Part shown: piece after piece, positions 49,317 through 59,106 of the stretch
Layout: each line of letters begins with the position of its first letter
Position numbering within the stretch: position 1 is the first letter of the stretch
DNA from: an uncultured Alcaligenaceae bacterium
Lineage (GTDB): Bacteria > Pseudomonadota > Gammaproteobacteria > Burkholderiales > Casimicrobiaceae
Direction of reading: 5' to 3'
Assembly (NCBI GenBank): GCA_964439475.1
Contig: CAYTOT010000006.1
Location: 18,104 to 82,103, forward strand
Length of the DNA stretch: 64,000 bases
Position numbers and translations under genes: made by a program
The notes under the pieces: generated by a model
Databases searched by the model: none
What the model was told of the DNA's origin: nothing
The model's input: only the letters and a program-made list of their open reading frames with translations

Positions 49317-51062
49317 CTACCTGCCGACGACGGCGCCTTCGCGCCGCGGGTCCGCACCGCCGATCCACCCGTCGCGGGTGCGCACGATCGCCTGCGTGCC
49401 GCTCGTCATCTCGATGGTGACGACGTCCGCACCGAGCGCACGCAACCTGGGCGCGAGCGCCGCGACCGCGGTGCCTGCTTCCAGCTCGGTCGGTCCGTTG
49501 CGGCTGCCGAAGTTGGGCAGCGCCACCGCCGCCTGGGGATCGAGGTTCCAGTCGATGATCGCAAGAAGCGTCTTCGCGACGTAGTTGATTATCGAGCTGC
49601 CGCCTGGCGAGCCGGCGACGATGGCCACCCGCCCGCGGACATCGTAGGCGATGGTCGGCGCCATCGACGAGCGCGGCCGCTTGCCGCCTTCCACGCGATT
49701 GGCCACGGGCTTGCCGTTCTCCTCGGGAACGAACGAGAAATCGGTGAGCTCGTTGTTGAGCAGGAAGCCGCCCGCCGTCATCAGGCGGCTGCCGAACTGG
49801 TTCTCGATCGTCGTCGTCATCGCCACCGCATTGCCGTAGCGATCCACGATGGAGATGTGAGACGTCGACGGCAGGTCGAGTGCCGCATCCTGTCCCCACG
49901 CGGCCTTGTCGAGCACGCGCGCGGGCGGCTCGCCGGGCTGTGCGCGCCCCATGCTCGAGTCGGCGCGGATGAGGCGCGACCGCGCGCGCAGGTAGTCGTC
50001 GTCGAGCAACCAGGTGGGCGCGCGATAGAAGGCGGGGTCGGCCTCGTACACGCCGCGGTCGGCGAACGCGAGCCGGCCTGCCTCGCTCATGAAGTGCACG
50101 CTCCAGAACGACGCGGGACCCATCGAGGCGATGTCGTAGGGTTCGAGCATCCTGAGCATCTGCAGGATCGTGATCGTTCCCGACGACGGCAGCGGCATGC
50201 CGCAGATGCGATACCCGCGATAGCCATCGCACAGCGGCGCACGCTCGACCGCGCGATAGCCGGCGAGGTCGGCAAGCGTCATGTCGCCGGGATTCGCCGC
50301 GCCCTGCACCGTGTCGACGATGTCCTGCGCGATGGCGCCGGTGTAGAACGCCGCCGCGCCGCCCTTGGCCACCGCACGCAACGTGCGTGCGTAAGCGGGA
50401 TTGCGCAGGACCGCGCCGACCGGCAGCGGCTTGCCGTCGCTGCCGCTGAAGTAGGCGCGCATCCGCGGCTGCGTCATGTAACGCTCCCCGGCGAGAAGGC
50501 CGTGCAGGCGCGGCGACACCGCAAAGCCTCCTTCCGCCAGCGCGATCGCGTCGTCGAAGAGTCGTGCCCAGGCAAGTCGCCCGTGCTTGCGATGCGCCGC
50601 TTCGAGCATGCGCAGCGTGCCGGGCACGCCTACCGACCGCCCTCCCACCACCGCATCGAAGAAGGGCATCGGCTTGCCGTCGCGCAGGAAGCGATCAGGT
50701 CGCGCGGCGGCGGGAGCCGTCTCGCGCCCGTCCCAGGCGATGAGCTTGCCTCGGCGCGCGTCGTGCACCAGCAGGAAAGCGCCGCCCCCGATCCCGGAGG
50801 ACTGCGGCTCGACGAGCCCCAGCACCATCTGCACCGCCACCGCCGCGTCGACCGCATTGCCGCCCGCGGCGAGGATGCGGTGGCCGGCCGCCACGGCCAG
50901 CGGATTCGCGGCGGCGACCATCCAGTGACGGCTCGTGACCGCTTCCTTGGCCGTCCAGCCGGATGCGCTCTCGGGGGCCGGCCGCGCGAATGCGGCGGCA
51001 GCAGCCGCCGCCGCGAGCAGGCCGACGATCAGGCAGCGGACGCGGTGGCCGGGATCGTGCAT
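49317..51062 (-). CDS. ggt: Gamma-glutamyltransferase
   Basis: AANPLA, EPQSSGIGGG, DGRETAP, autocatalytic TSHISIVD, LNNELTDF, RPRSSMAP and GSPGG. Confidence 0.95.
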   Translation of the reverse strand: MHDPGHRVRCLIVGLLAAAAAAAAFARPAPESASGWTAKEAVTSRHWMVAAANPLAVAAGHRILAAGGNAVDAAVAVQMVLGLVEPQSSGIGGGAFLLVHDARRGKLIAWDGRETAPAAARPDRFLRDGKPMPFFDAVVGGRSVGVPGTLRMLEAAHRKHGRLAWARLFDDAIALAEGGFAVSPRLHGLLAGERYMTQPRMRAYFSGSDGKPLPVGAVLRNPAYARTLRAVAKGGAAAFYTGAIAQDIVDTVQGAANPGDMTLADLAGYRAVERAPLCDGYRGYRICGMPLPSSGTITILQMLRMLEPYDIASMGPASFWSVHFMSEAGRLAFADRGVYEADPAFYRAPTWLLDDDYLRARSRLIRADSSMGRAQPGEPPARVLDKAAWGQDAALDLPSTSHISIVDRYGNAVAMTTTIENQFGSRLMTAGGFLLNNELTDFSFVPEENGKPVANRVEGGKRPRSSMAPTIAYDVRGRVAIVAGSPGGSSIINYVAKTLLAIIDWNLDPQAAVALPNFGSRNGPTELEAGTAVAALAPRLRALGADVVTIEMTSGTQAIVRTRDGWIGGADPRREGAVVGR

Positions 51063-51086
51063 CGGCGGATTGTAAGCTCCCGCCGA

Positions 51087-52478
51087 TCACCAGGCGCCGC
51101 GATGCTCCGGTATCCGCGTCACCAAGGGCAGTGCCGTGAACAGCAGCAGTCCCGCCACCGCATAGATCCAGCCCTGAACGTGGCCGGGGTCGGCAGAGCG
51201 GGCGAGGATCGCGGTGACGATCGACACCGTAGTGATCGACCCGACCTGCAAGGAGGCGGTGCGCAGCGCGGCCAGGATCGACGCGTGATCCGGTGCCAGT
51301 TGCAGACCCGCAATGCGGCTCGGCGGGTTGATGGTGCCGCGGCCGGCACCCACCAGGAATGCCGAGATTGCGAGCCACGTGTAGGCGGGCACGCCGGCGA
51401 CCGGCTCGATCGCGAGCAGGAGCAGCCCGACCGCGATCACGCTGCCGCCCACGTACAGCGGCGGCCGGTGACCGGTGTAGCGCAGCGCCAGCGCCGAGGT
51501 GGCCGACAGCGCGATCGCGGCCAGCCCCTGCGCGATGAGCAGCGTCCCTGCGCGCAGTGCATCGATGCCGTAGCGGTGCGTCGCATACAGCGGCAGGAGC
51601 ATCAGCACGCCATTGGTGACGCCTCCGTAGAGCATGTTCAGGAGATTGACCGGACCGAACCCCGCGCCATGGATCCACCGCGGCGCGATGAAGGGATCGT
51701 CGCTGCGGCCGACGTGGCGCAGGAACCTCCAGAACGCGAGCCCGGTGACGAGGGCCGGCACCACGAACGCGGCCGACGCGAGCGAGGCGTCCTCCTCGCC
51801 CATGTACGTCGCCGCCAGCATGCCCGCGAGCAGGGTGACGCCGAGGAGCGCCATGCCGATGACGTCCATCCCGCGGTGCGCGGAGTCCCGCCGCGGGACG
51901 TCGCGCGGAATGTAGCGCAAGGAGAGCAGGATGATCGCCGCGCCGATCGGCACGTTGACGAAGAACACGCCTCGCCAGGTCCAGTAGGTCACGAACAGCC
52001 CGCCGAAGAACGGACCGATCATCGCGCCGATCGGAAAGATGCTGCCGAACAGGCTCACCGCGCGATCGCGCGCGTCGCCGAAGTGATCGACGATGATCCC
52101 GGTAGCGGAAGGCGTGAAGCCCGCCCCGCCGGCCGCCTGCAGCACGCGCAGCGCGATGAGCACGAAGATGTCGTCGGCGAGCCCGCACAGGAGCGATGCC
52201 GTGGTGAACGCGGCGACGGAGCCCAGGAACACCTTGCGGCGGCCGTAACGTTCGCTGAGCTTGCCGCTGATCGGCAGCATCAGCACGAAGCCGAGCGAAT
52301 AGGCCGTGATGGTCCACCCGGCCCAGTTGATCGTCGTTCCGAGTCCCTGCTGCAGCGAGCCCAGCGCCGTCGCGACGATCGTCGCGTCGACCGACATCAT
52401 GAGCAGCGCAAGCGCCACGATCGAGAACACCGGCACCCGGCGGATCGGCCGCGCGGTGTGGTCTCCACTCACGCCCAT
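51087..52478 (-). CDS. DHA2-type (14-TM) MFS efflux transporter
   Basis: DATIVATAL, GKLSERYGRR, LRVLQAAGG, GPFFGG and WRGVFFVNVPIG. Confidence 0.9.
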   Translation of the reverse strand: MGVSGDHTARPIRRVPVFSIVALALLMMSVDATIVATALGSLQQGLGTTINWAGWTITAYSLGFVLMLPISGKLSERYGRRKVFLGSVAAFTTASLLCGLADDIFVLIALRVLQAAGGAGFTPSATGIIVDHFGDARDRAVSLFGSIFPIGAMIGPFFGGLFVTYWTWRGVFFVNVPIGAAIILLSLRYIPRDVPRRDSAHRGMDVIGMALLGVTLLAGMLAATYMGEEDASLASAAFVVPALVTGLAFWRFLRHVGRSDDPFIAPRWIHGAGFGPVNLLNMLYGGVTNGVLMLLPLYATHRYGIDALRAGTLLIAQGLAAIALSATSALALRYTGHRPPLYVGGSVIAVGLLLLAIEPVAGVPAYTWLAISAFLVGAGRGTINPPSRIAGLQLAPDHASILAALRTASLQVGSITTVSIVTAILARSADPGHVQGWIYAVAGLLLFTALPLVTRIPEHRGAW

Positions 52479-52521
52479 CGCACCGCGCATCACGGGCTCC
52501 GGGCGAGCCGACGCGGGTCGG

Positions 52522-53481
52522 CTAGCGTCCCCAGCGCAGCGCCAGCGGATCGACCTCGGCGGCGAGTTCGAGCAATCCCGCGCGCGTGGCCGGATGCAAG
52601 GGCTCCAGCGGGTGGCGAACCAAATCGCTCGCAATCACACCGCCCGCCATCATCACCGCCTTGGTCGCCCGCAACCCGCACTGCCGATTCTCGTAGTTGA
52701 TCAGAGGCAGGATACGCTCGTACGCCTTGGCAGCCTCCTTGCGGCGGCCGGCGCGATGGTGGACAACCACCGGCTTGATGAGGTCGGGCAACAATGCGCT
52801 CGACATGGTGCCGGTGGCGCCGGCATCGAGGTCGGCCATCAGCGTGATCGATTCCTCGCCGTCGAACGGCCCCTCGAAGAGGCCGCCTCCGGCCTCGATG
52901 AGGCCCCGGAGCTTTCCGGCCGTGCCCGGCGTCTCGATCTTGCAATAGCGGAGCGCCGGCACGGAGCGCGCCAGCTCGACGATGAACGGCACCGTGAGCT
53001 GCACGCCCGACAGCGGCGCGTCCTGCAGCATGATCGGCAGTCCGCAGGCATCCGCCACCCGCCCGAAATGCTCGACCATGCCCGTCTCGCCCGCCCGCAG
53101 CGCGGTGCCGTGATACGGCGGCATGAGCATGATCATCGCCGCTCCCAGCGCTTGCGCCTTGCGCGCACGGGCCGCCGCGATGTCGGTGGAGAAGTGGCTG
53201 CAGGTCACCACCACCGGTACGCGGCCGGCCACCTGCGCGAGGCAGACCTCGGTCAGCGTGTCGCGCTCGGCGTCGGAGAGCAGGAACTGCTCGGAATAGT
53301 TGGCGAGGATGCAGATGCCGTCCACGCCCTGATCGATCATGCAGTCGATGACCCGGCGCTGACCGTCGACGTCGAGGGCGCCGGTGGCGGTGAACGGCGT
53401 GGGCGCCACCGGCACGACGCCGGCCAGCGGTTGCGTCGCCGTCGACGCGGGAGAATTCGATGGGGTCGGGTGAGGGGTCAC
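52522..53481 (-). CDS. DHDPS-family 2-keto-3-deoxy-L-arabinonate dehydratase-like
   Basis: PTPF...LDVDGQRRVIDCMIDQGVDGICILANYSEQF, MPPYHG, CKIET and DGEESITL. Immediately downstream of a pentonate dehydratase. Confidence 0.8.
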   Translation of the reverse strand: MTPHPTPSNSPASTATQPLAGVVPVAPTPFTATGALDVDGQRRVIDCMIDQGVDGICILANYSEQFLLSDAERDTLTEVCLAQVAGRVPVVVTCSHFSTDIAAARARKAQALGAAMIMLMPPYHGTALRAGETGMVEHFGRVADACGLPIMLQDAPLSGVQLTVPFIVELARSVPALRYCKIETPGTAGKLRGLIEAGGGLFEGPFDGEESITLMADLDAGATGTMSSALLPDLIKPVVVHHRAGRRKEAAKAYERILPLINYENRQCGLRATKAVMMAGGVIASDLVRHPLEPLHPATRAGLLELAAEVDPLALRWGR

Positions 53482-53503
53482 GGGATCTCTCTGCAAGGAA
53501 CGT

Positions 53504-55228
53504 TCAGTGGTTGTCGCGGGGCACCGACGCCCCGCTGCGACCCACGAGGAAATCGAAGTCGACGCCGTCGCTCGCCTGCAGCACGTGATCGACGTAGAGC
53601 TTCACATAGCCGCGCTCGCCGTGCGATGCCGGCGGTTGCCATGCGGCACGGCGACGCGCGAGCTCGGCATCGTCGACAGCGAGATGCAGCTTGCGGGCCG
53701 GGACGTCGAGCGTGATGAGGTCGCCGCTTTGCACCAGCGCCAGCGGGCCGCCGGCCGCCGCCTCCGGTGCGGTGTGCAGCACCACTGTGCCGTACGCCGT
53801 CCCCGACATGCGTGCGTCCGAGATGCGCACGAGGTCGGTGATGCCGCGCTTCAGGAGCTTGGGCGGCAGCGGCATGTTGCCGACCTCCGCCATTCCCGGA
53901 TAGCCCTTCGGCCCGCAGTACTTGAGCACCATCACCGAGTTCTCGTCGATGTCGAGGGCGTCGTCGTTGATGCGCGCATGCAGGTCCTCGATCGACTCGA
54001 ACACGACGGCGCGCCCGGTATGGGTCAAGAGGTGCGGCGACGCCGCCGAGGGCTTGATGATCGCACCGTCCGGGGCGAGGTTGCCGCGCAGCACCGCGAT
54101 GCCTGCGTCGGCCTTGAACGGCGAATCCCAGGCGTGGATCACGTCGCGCTTCCAGCATTTCGCTTCGGCATTGTTCTGCCACAGGCTGCGGCCGTTGACG
54201 GTCAGCGCATCACGGTGAAGCAGTCCCTGCTCCGCCAGCTCGCGGATCACCACCGGCAGTCCGCCCGCCTCGAAGAAGTCCTCCATGAGGTACTTGCCCG
54301 ACGGCATGAGATCGACGAGGCATGACAGGCCGCGCCCGAGGCGATCCCAGTCGTCGAGGCCGAGCGGGATGCCGACCCGCCGTGCGATCGCGATCAGGTG
54401 CACGACCGCATTGGTGGAGCCGCCGATGCCGGCGTTGACGCGGATGGCATTCTCGAACGCCTCGCGCGTAAGGATCCTCGACAGCAGCATGTCCTCGCGC
54501 ACCATCTCGACGATGCGCCGCCCCGCCTCGCGCGCGATCAGGTTGCGGCGCGCGTCGACGGCGGGAATGGCCGCGTTGCCCGGCAGGCCAACGCCGAGCG
54601 CCTCGACCATGCACGCCATCGTCGATGCCGTGCCCATCGTCATGCAATGGCCGTGCGAGCGGTGCATGTCGGCTTCGGCCTCGTGGAACTCGGCGAGCGT
54701 GATCTGTCCCGAGCGCAACTGCTCGCTCATCGAGATGGTGTTGGTGCCCGAGCCGATGGGCGTCCCGCAATGGATGCCGCGCAGCATCGGACCGCCCGAC
54801 ACGCCGATGGTCGGGATGTCGACGCTCGCCGCGCCCATCAGCAGCGACGGCGTGGTCTTGTCGCAGCCCATCAGCAGCACGACGCCGTCGAGCGGGTTGG
54901 CGCGGATCGCCTCCTCGACGTCCATGGACGCCAGGTTGCGAAAGAGCATCGCCGTCGGACGCATCATCGTCTCGCCCAGCGACAGCACCGGAAACTCGAG
55001 CGGGAAGCCGCCCGCGTCGAGCACCCCCCAGCGGACGTGCTCGGCGATCGTGCGGAAGTGCGAATTGCAGGGGGTCAACTCCGACCAGGTGTTGCAGATG
55101 CCGATGACCGGCCGGCCCTGGAACTGATCCTGCGGAAAGCCGCGGTTCTTGAGCCACGAGCGGTAGTAGAAGCCCATCTTGTCCTGGCGCGCGAACCAGG
55201 CCTCGCTGCGCAGCTTGCGCTTGCTCAT
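53504..55228 (-). CDS. IlvD/Edd-family dehydratase, L-arabinonate dehydratase-like
   Basis: LRSEAWF, RPVIGICNTWSELTPCN, GCDKTTP, CMTMGTASTM, GGSTN and SDARMSGTAYG. Confidence 0.9.
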   Translation of the reverse strand: MSKRKLRSEAWFARQDKMGFYYRSWLKNRGFPQDQFQGRPVIGICNTWSELTPCNSHFRTIAEHVRWGVLDAGGFPLEFPVLSLGETMMRPTAMLFRNLASMDVEEAIRANPLDGVVLLMGCDKTTPSLLMGAASVDIPTIGVSGGPMLRGIHCGTPIGSGTNTISMSEQLRSGQITLAEFHEAEADMHRSHGHCMTMGTASTMACMVEALGVGLPGNAAIPAVDARRNLIAREAGRRIVEMVREDMLLSRILTREAFENAIRVNAGIGGSTNAVVHLIAIARRVGIPLGLDDWDRLGRGLSCLVDLMPSGKYLMEDFFEAGGLPVVIRELAEQGLLHRDALTVNGRSLWQNNAEAKCWKRDVIHAWDSPFKADAGIAVLRGNLAPDGAIIKPSAASPHLLTHTGRAVVFESIEDLHARINDDALDIDENSVMVLKYCGPKGYPGMAEVGNMPLPPKLLKRGITDLVRISDARMSGTAYGTVVLHTAPEAAAGGPLALVQSGDLITLDVPARKLHLAVDDAELARRRAAWQPPASHGERGYVKLYVDHVLQASDGVDFDFLVGRSGASVPRDNH

Positions 55229-55348
55229 TTCAAGTTCCTGTCGTTGATGGTCATTCCTCCAGTGTATCGATTGCCTTCCATGATCCGCCCAGATATTCGC
55301 CGCCCGAGCCGCAAACGCGGCATGCGCACTCCACGATCAGCATGTTCA

Positions 55349-56731
55349 TCAGATGGCGTCATCGAGCATGGGACGATCGGAATGCCACCCCATCTGCTCA
55401 CAAAGCCGTTCGCTGATCGCAAGAAGCTCCAGATCGCTCCCCACGGGCCCGGTTACCTGGATACCCATGGGTCGTCCCGGCTGCGACCAACCACAGGGGA
55501 TGGTCACCGAAGGCCACCCGAGGATGCTGATGATGTAGGTGGACAGCCATACCTCGAGCGGATCGTCGATCTTCCGCCCCCCGATCATCTTCGGGTTCAG
55601 CTGACCTGCCTCGATGCCTGAAATCTGGGAGGTTGGCATGATGAATACGTCGATATCGTCGAAGAAGGCCTGGTTCTCCCGCCAGGCCCTCGTGCGCAAC
55701 TGTCCCCCAAGGCCCAGATACTCGCTGGAGAGCGTTCGCGCCCAGCGCATGAACTCAAACAGGTGGGTGTTGTGTCTTTCGATGATCGGCAGATCGTCCG
55801 CACTGTAGGTGGCCAGCGCGCGCAACGCCCTCAGAGGTCGAATCGCGTCGATCGCGGCGTCCACATGGGGAGACCGATGGATCACGTTATGCCCCGCCTT
55901 GGAAAGACTCTCCATGCAACGAGAGAAGGCGTCCCGGACCTCGTCTGCCAGGGCGATTCTGCCGTGCAGATCATCCGAACTGCCGATCCTGAGGGCACGG
56001 GAAGACGATGAACACGGCCGATCACACGGCACCGACTGCTGTGCCAGTTGCAGCCATAGGGATAGATCGCGGATATCACGCGACATTGCGCCGATGACTT
56101 CGATCGAATCATCGACCCAGCCGTGGGGATCCCTGGAGATACGGCCACTGCTAGGCCGGAGGCCGAACACACCACACCACGCCGCCGGCCCACGCACCGA
56201 TCCCCCGAGATCCGTACCCAGTGCGAGGGCGCACATCCCGCTGGCGACAGCAACAGCCGAGCCGCCACTGGATCCCCCGCTGCTCAAGCGAGGATTCCAC
56301 GGATTGCAAGTCGTGCCTCCAACGGTACTGCTCGTATCCGAATAGGCAGCGTATGCAGGGGTGTTCGTCTTCCCGATGACGATTGCGCCCGCGCGCTCCA
56401 GGCGTTCAACCGCTCTGCAACTCGACATGGCGGGCGCACTCGCCAAGGTTACGCCGTTGCTCGTCACGCTACCCGCCACATCCAGGACATCCTTCACCGC
56501 GAGCGTCACCCCGTGAAGCGAACTTCTGACCTTCCCTCGCCGCAGTTCCGCCGTCAGCCGTGCCGCCTGCTCCCGTGCGCGCTCTTCGGAAACCGAGATG
56601 AAAGCATGCAACACATGGTCGTGCGCACGAATCTGCGCCAGATTGGCCTCCAGGAGTTCGACTGGACTGAGCTGTCCGGACCGGAACAAGCCGTTCAACG
56701 CATGAACGGGAAGAAACGGCATATCGGGCAT
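55349..56731 (-). CDS. Amidase signature family enzyme
   Basis: AVKD Lys, GGSSGGSAVAV and GTDLGGSVRGPA (Ser-cisSer-Lys triad). Confidence 0.92.
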   Translation of the reverse strand: MPDMPFLPVHALNGLFRSGQLSPVELLEANLAQIRAHDHVLHAFISVSEERAREQAARLTAELRRGKVRSSLHGVTLAVKDVLDVAGSVTSNGVTLASAPAMSSCRAVERLERAGAIVIGKTNTPAYAAYSDTSSTVGGTTCNPWNPRLSSGGSSGGSAVAVASGMCALALGTDLGGSVRGPAAWCGVFGLRPSSGRISRDPHGWVDDSIEVIGAMSRDIRDLSLWLQLAQQSVPCDRPCSSSSRALRIGSSDDLHGRIALADEVRDAFSRCMESLSKAGHNVIHRSPHVDAAIDAIRPLRALRALATYSADDLPIIERHNTHLFEFMRWARTLSSEYLGLGGQLRTRAWRENQAFFDDIDVFIMPTSQISGIEAGQLNPKMIGGRKIDDPLEVWLSTYIISILGWPSVTIPCGWSQPGRPMGIQVTGPVGSDLELLAISERLCEQMGWHSDRPMLDDAI

Positions 56732-56772
56732 CGATTCGAGGCCTCTTTCGCGAGATTCCCTGCCTCGGCTCG

Positions 56773-57855
56773 TCAGCCTGCGGCCGGCATCACGACGACA
56801 CTCTCAGGGGGGATCTCGAGACTCAGTCTCTCGCCCATCGCGAAGCGGACCTTCCCAAGATACTGGGCCCTGATGGCGACCCCGTTGCAGTCGATGAAGT
56901 AGTCCTTCAACGCGCCGGAGAAGACCATATCCCTGACCACTCCAGACCAAGCGTGGGGGCCCGACGACGGCATCGCAGGTCGTAGCATCACGCTTTCCGG
57001 TCGCGCCATGACGGATACCCTGTCGCCAACCAGGAACTTCTGGTCCGGCGGCAAAGCGCAGATGAGCGGACCCGCCTTCGTCTCGATCCGGATCCCGCCC
57101 TCGGTCCGTTCTTGCACGGTTCCATCCAATATGTTCGCCAAACCCACGAACTGCGCAACGAACAGGCTCTTCGGACGCTCATAGAGTTCGGCAGGGGTCG
57201 CGACCTGTTCTACCTTGCCATCCCGCATGACCGCAACGCGGTCACCCAGCGTGAAGGCTTCCTCTTGATTGTGAGTGACATAGATCCCCGTTAGGTTGGA
57301 TTCCTGGTGAATCCTCCGCAGCTCGAAGCGCATCGCCTCGCGGAGGCTCGCGTCCAGATTGCTGAGCGGCTCATCGAACAGGACGACCTTGGGCTTCGTG
57401 GCCAAGGCGCGGGCCACCGATACCCGCTGTTGCTGGCCTCCGCTGAGCTCACTTGGATAGCGACCCTCGTAGCCGCTCATCTCGACGAAGCGCAACATCT
57501 CCTCGATGCGCGCCTGGCTGTCCGCCTTCGACATCTTGTGCTTGCGCAGGCCGTAGCCGATGTTGTCGGACACTGTCATATGGGGCCACAGGGCATAGCT
57601 TTGGAACACCATGCCCATGTCCCGTTCCTCCGGCGGGGAAAAGGCCTCCGTCGAGGAGATCACCTTGTCATTGAGCAAGATCCGACCGCTGCTGGGCCTT
57701 TCCAGACCACCGATCATGCGCAACGTCGTCGTCTTGCCGCACCCGCTGGGTCCGAGCAATGCAAGGATCTCGCCCTTCGTCACCTCCAGGTCCAGTTCAT
57801 GGACTGCCGCAACGGAGCCGAATTGCTTACCGACGCCTTCCAGGCGCAAGAACAT
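56773..57855 (-). CDS. PotA/FbpC-like ABC ATP-binding protein with TOBE domain
   Basis: GPSGCGKTT, LSGGQQQR, LFDEPLSNLD and YVTHNQEEA. Confidence 0.95.
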   Translation of the reverse strand: MFLRLEGVGKQFGSVAAVHELDLEVTKGEILALLGPSGCGKTTTLRMIGGLERPSSGRILLNDKVISSTEAFSPPEERDMGMVFQSYALWPHMTVSDNIGYGLRKHKMSKADSQARIEEMLRFVEMSGYEGRYPSELSGGQQQRVSVARALATKPKVVLFDEPLSNLDASLREAMRFELRRIHQESNLTGIYVTHNQEEAFTLGDRVAVMRDGKVEQVATPAELYERPKSLFVAQFVGLANILDGTVQERTEGGIRIETKAGPLICALPPDQKFLVGDRVSVMARPESVMLRPAMPSSGPHAWSGVVRDMVFSGALKDYFIDCNGVAIRAQYLGKVRFAMGERLSLEIPPESVVVMPAAG

Positions 57856-58028
57856 GCTTGCCGCTCCCTACACCACGATGTCCCGCCCTTCCGCAACCAA
57901 CTGAAGGGCATGAGTCTTGCGCGGGCAACCCGCAAGAGAAAGTGTTCGCACGGCCTCACTTCGACACCGCGACCCGAGGAGGATGCAGCTAAGGCCGAAG
58001 CCTTGGTTCCGCCGGGTCGCGGCGCAGA

Positions 58029-59084
58029 TCACTGACGCATGATCTTGGTGAACTCCCGCACCACTTCCGCGCGATGCTTGCTGATCGCTTCCGCATCGGC
58101 AGGGATGACGTTGATGTCCGCGACGGTCTTGCCATCCGGGAACTTGAAGTCGACCTTCTTGCTGACCGGCACCAGCGACACCACCTTGGAGATGACGTCC
58201 TGCCCCTTGGCACTCGTTGCCCAGGCTGCGAAATCCTTCGCCACCTGGTTGGACTCCTTCGCGATCACGCCCAGCGTCTGCTCTCCGGCGACGACACCCT
58301 CCTTGGGCCAATTCCACGCCACCTTCTCGCCGCGCTTCATCGGGGCGGTGAGATAGAACGTGAACTGAATGCCGATCGGACGCTCGCCACTGATCACCAG
58401 ATCCCGGATCGCGCCATGTCCTGTGGTCAGCTTGGGGTCATTCTTCTTGATATCGCGGAAATAGTCCCAGCCATACGGCTTCTTGCCCTTCAGCTTGTCC
58501 GTGATGAGCCAGAAGAAATTGTGAATGCCGGCCGAACTGCGGGGGTCGGCGAAGGCGATCTGCCCCTTGTACTCGCTCTTCAGCAGGTCCGCATAGGACT
58601 GAGGTGCCGCCTGCGCCGAGTATTTGTTGGTGTTGTAGCTGAGGACATACAGCACAAAACCGACCGGCACCAATCGCTTGTAGTCCCCCTGCTTCACCGA
58701 GTCGAGCATGTCCTCATAGTGGGCGTTGGAGATCTGCTCCAGGAGCTTGGGGCTCTCGCGAGAAAGAACCAGCAACTGCGGCTTGTCGAACCAGAGAATG
58801 TCGGCCTTGGGTGTCCCTGCCTTCACCTCGATCCTGGTCTGTGCCATGAGCTCTTCGACGGGACTGTCCAACACCTTCGCCGAGACCGGCTTGCCATAGT
58901 CCTTCGAGAATTCTGCGACCACGGCCTCTGCCTGATCGCGTGGAATCCCCGAGTAGATGTTCAGAACATTGGCATCCGCGGAAAGGGCCGGACCCGTCGC
59001 GAGGATCGCGGCGGCGCCGGCAATGGCCATCCCTAGCTTGCGCAGGCATCTCGGGCTCCGCTTAAGAAGTGCCTCTTTCATCAT
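58029..59084 (-). CDS. ABC substrate-binding protein (FbpA/PotD-like cluster)
   Basis: Signal peptide, LNIYSG, ADILW, YKGQIAFADPRSS and WPKEG. GAGGAGG RBS. Confidence 0.88.
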   Translation of the reverse strand: MMKEALLKRSPRCLRKLGMAIAGAAAILATGPALSADANVLNIYSGIPRDQAEAVVAEFSKDYGKPVSAKVLDSPVEELMAQTRIEVKAGTPKADILWFDKPQLLVLSRESPKLLEQISNAHYEDMLDSVKQGDYKRLVPVGFVLYVLSYNTNKYSAQAAPQSYADLLKSEYKGQIAFADPRSSAGIHNFFWLITDKLKGKKPYGWDYFRDIKKNDPKLTTGHGAIRDLVISGERPIGIQFTFYLTAPMKRGEKVAWNWPKEGVVAGEQTLGVIAKESNQVAKDFAAWATSAKGQDVISKVVSLVPVSKKVDFKFPDGKTVADINVIPADAEAISKHRAEVVREFTKIMRQ

Positions 59085-59106
59085 CAACTCCTCCTCATTG
59101 AAGACA

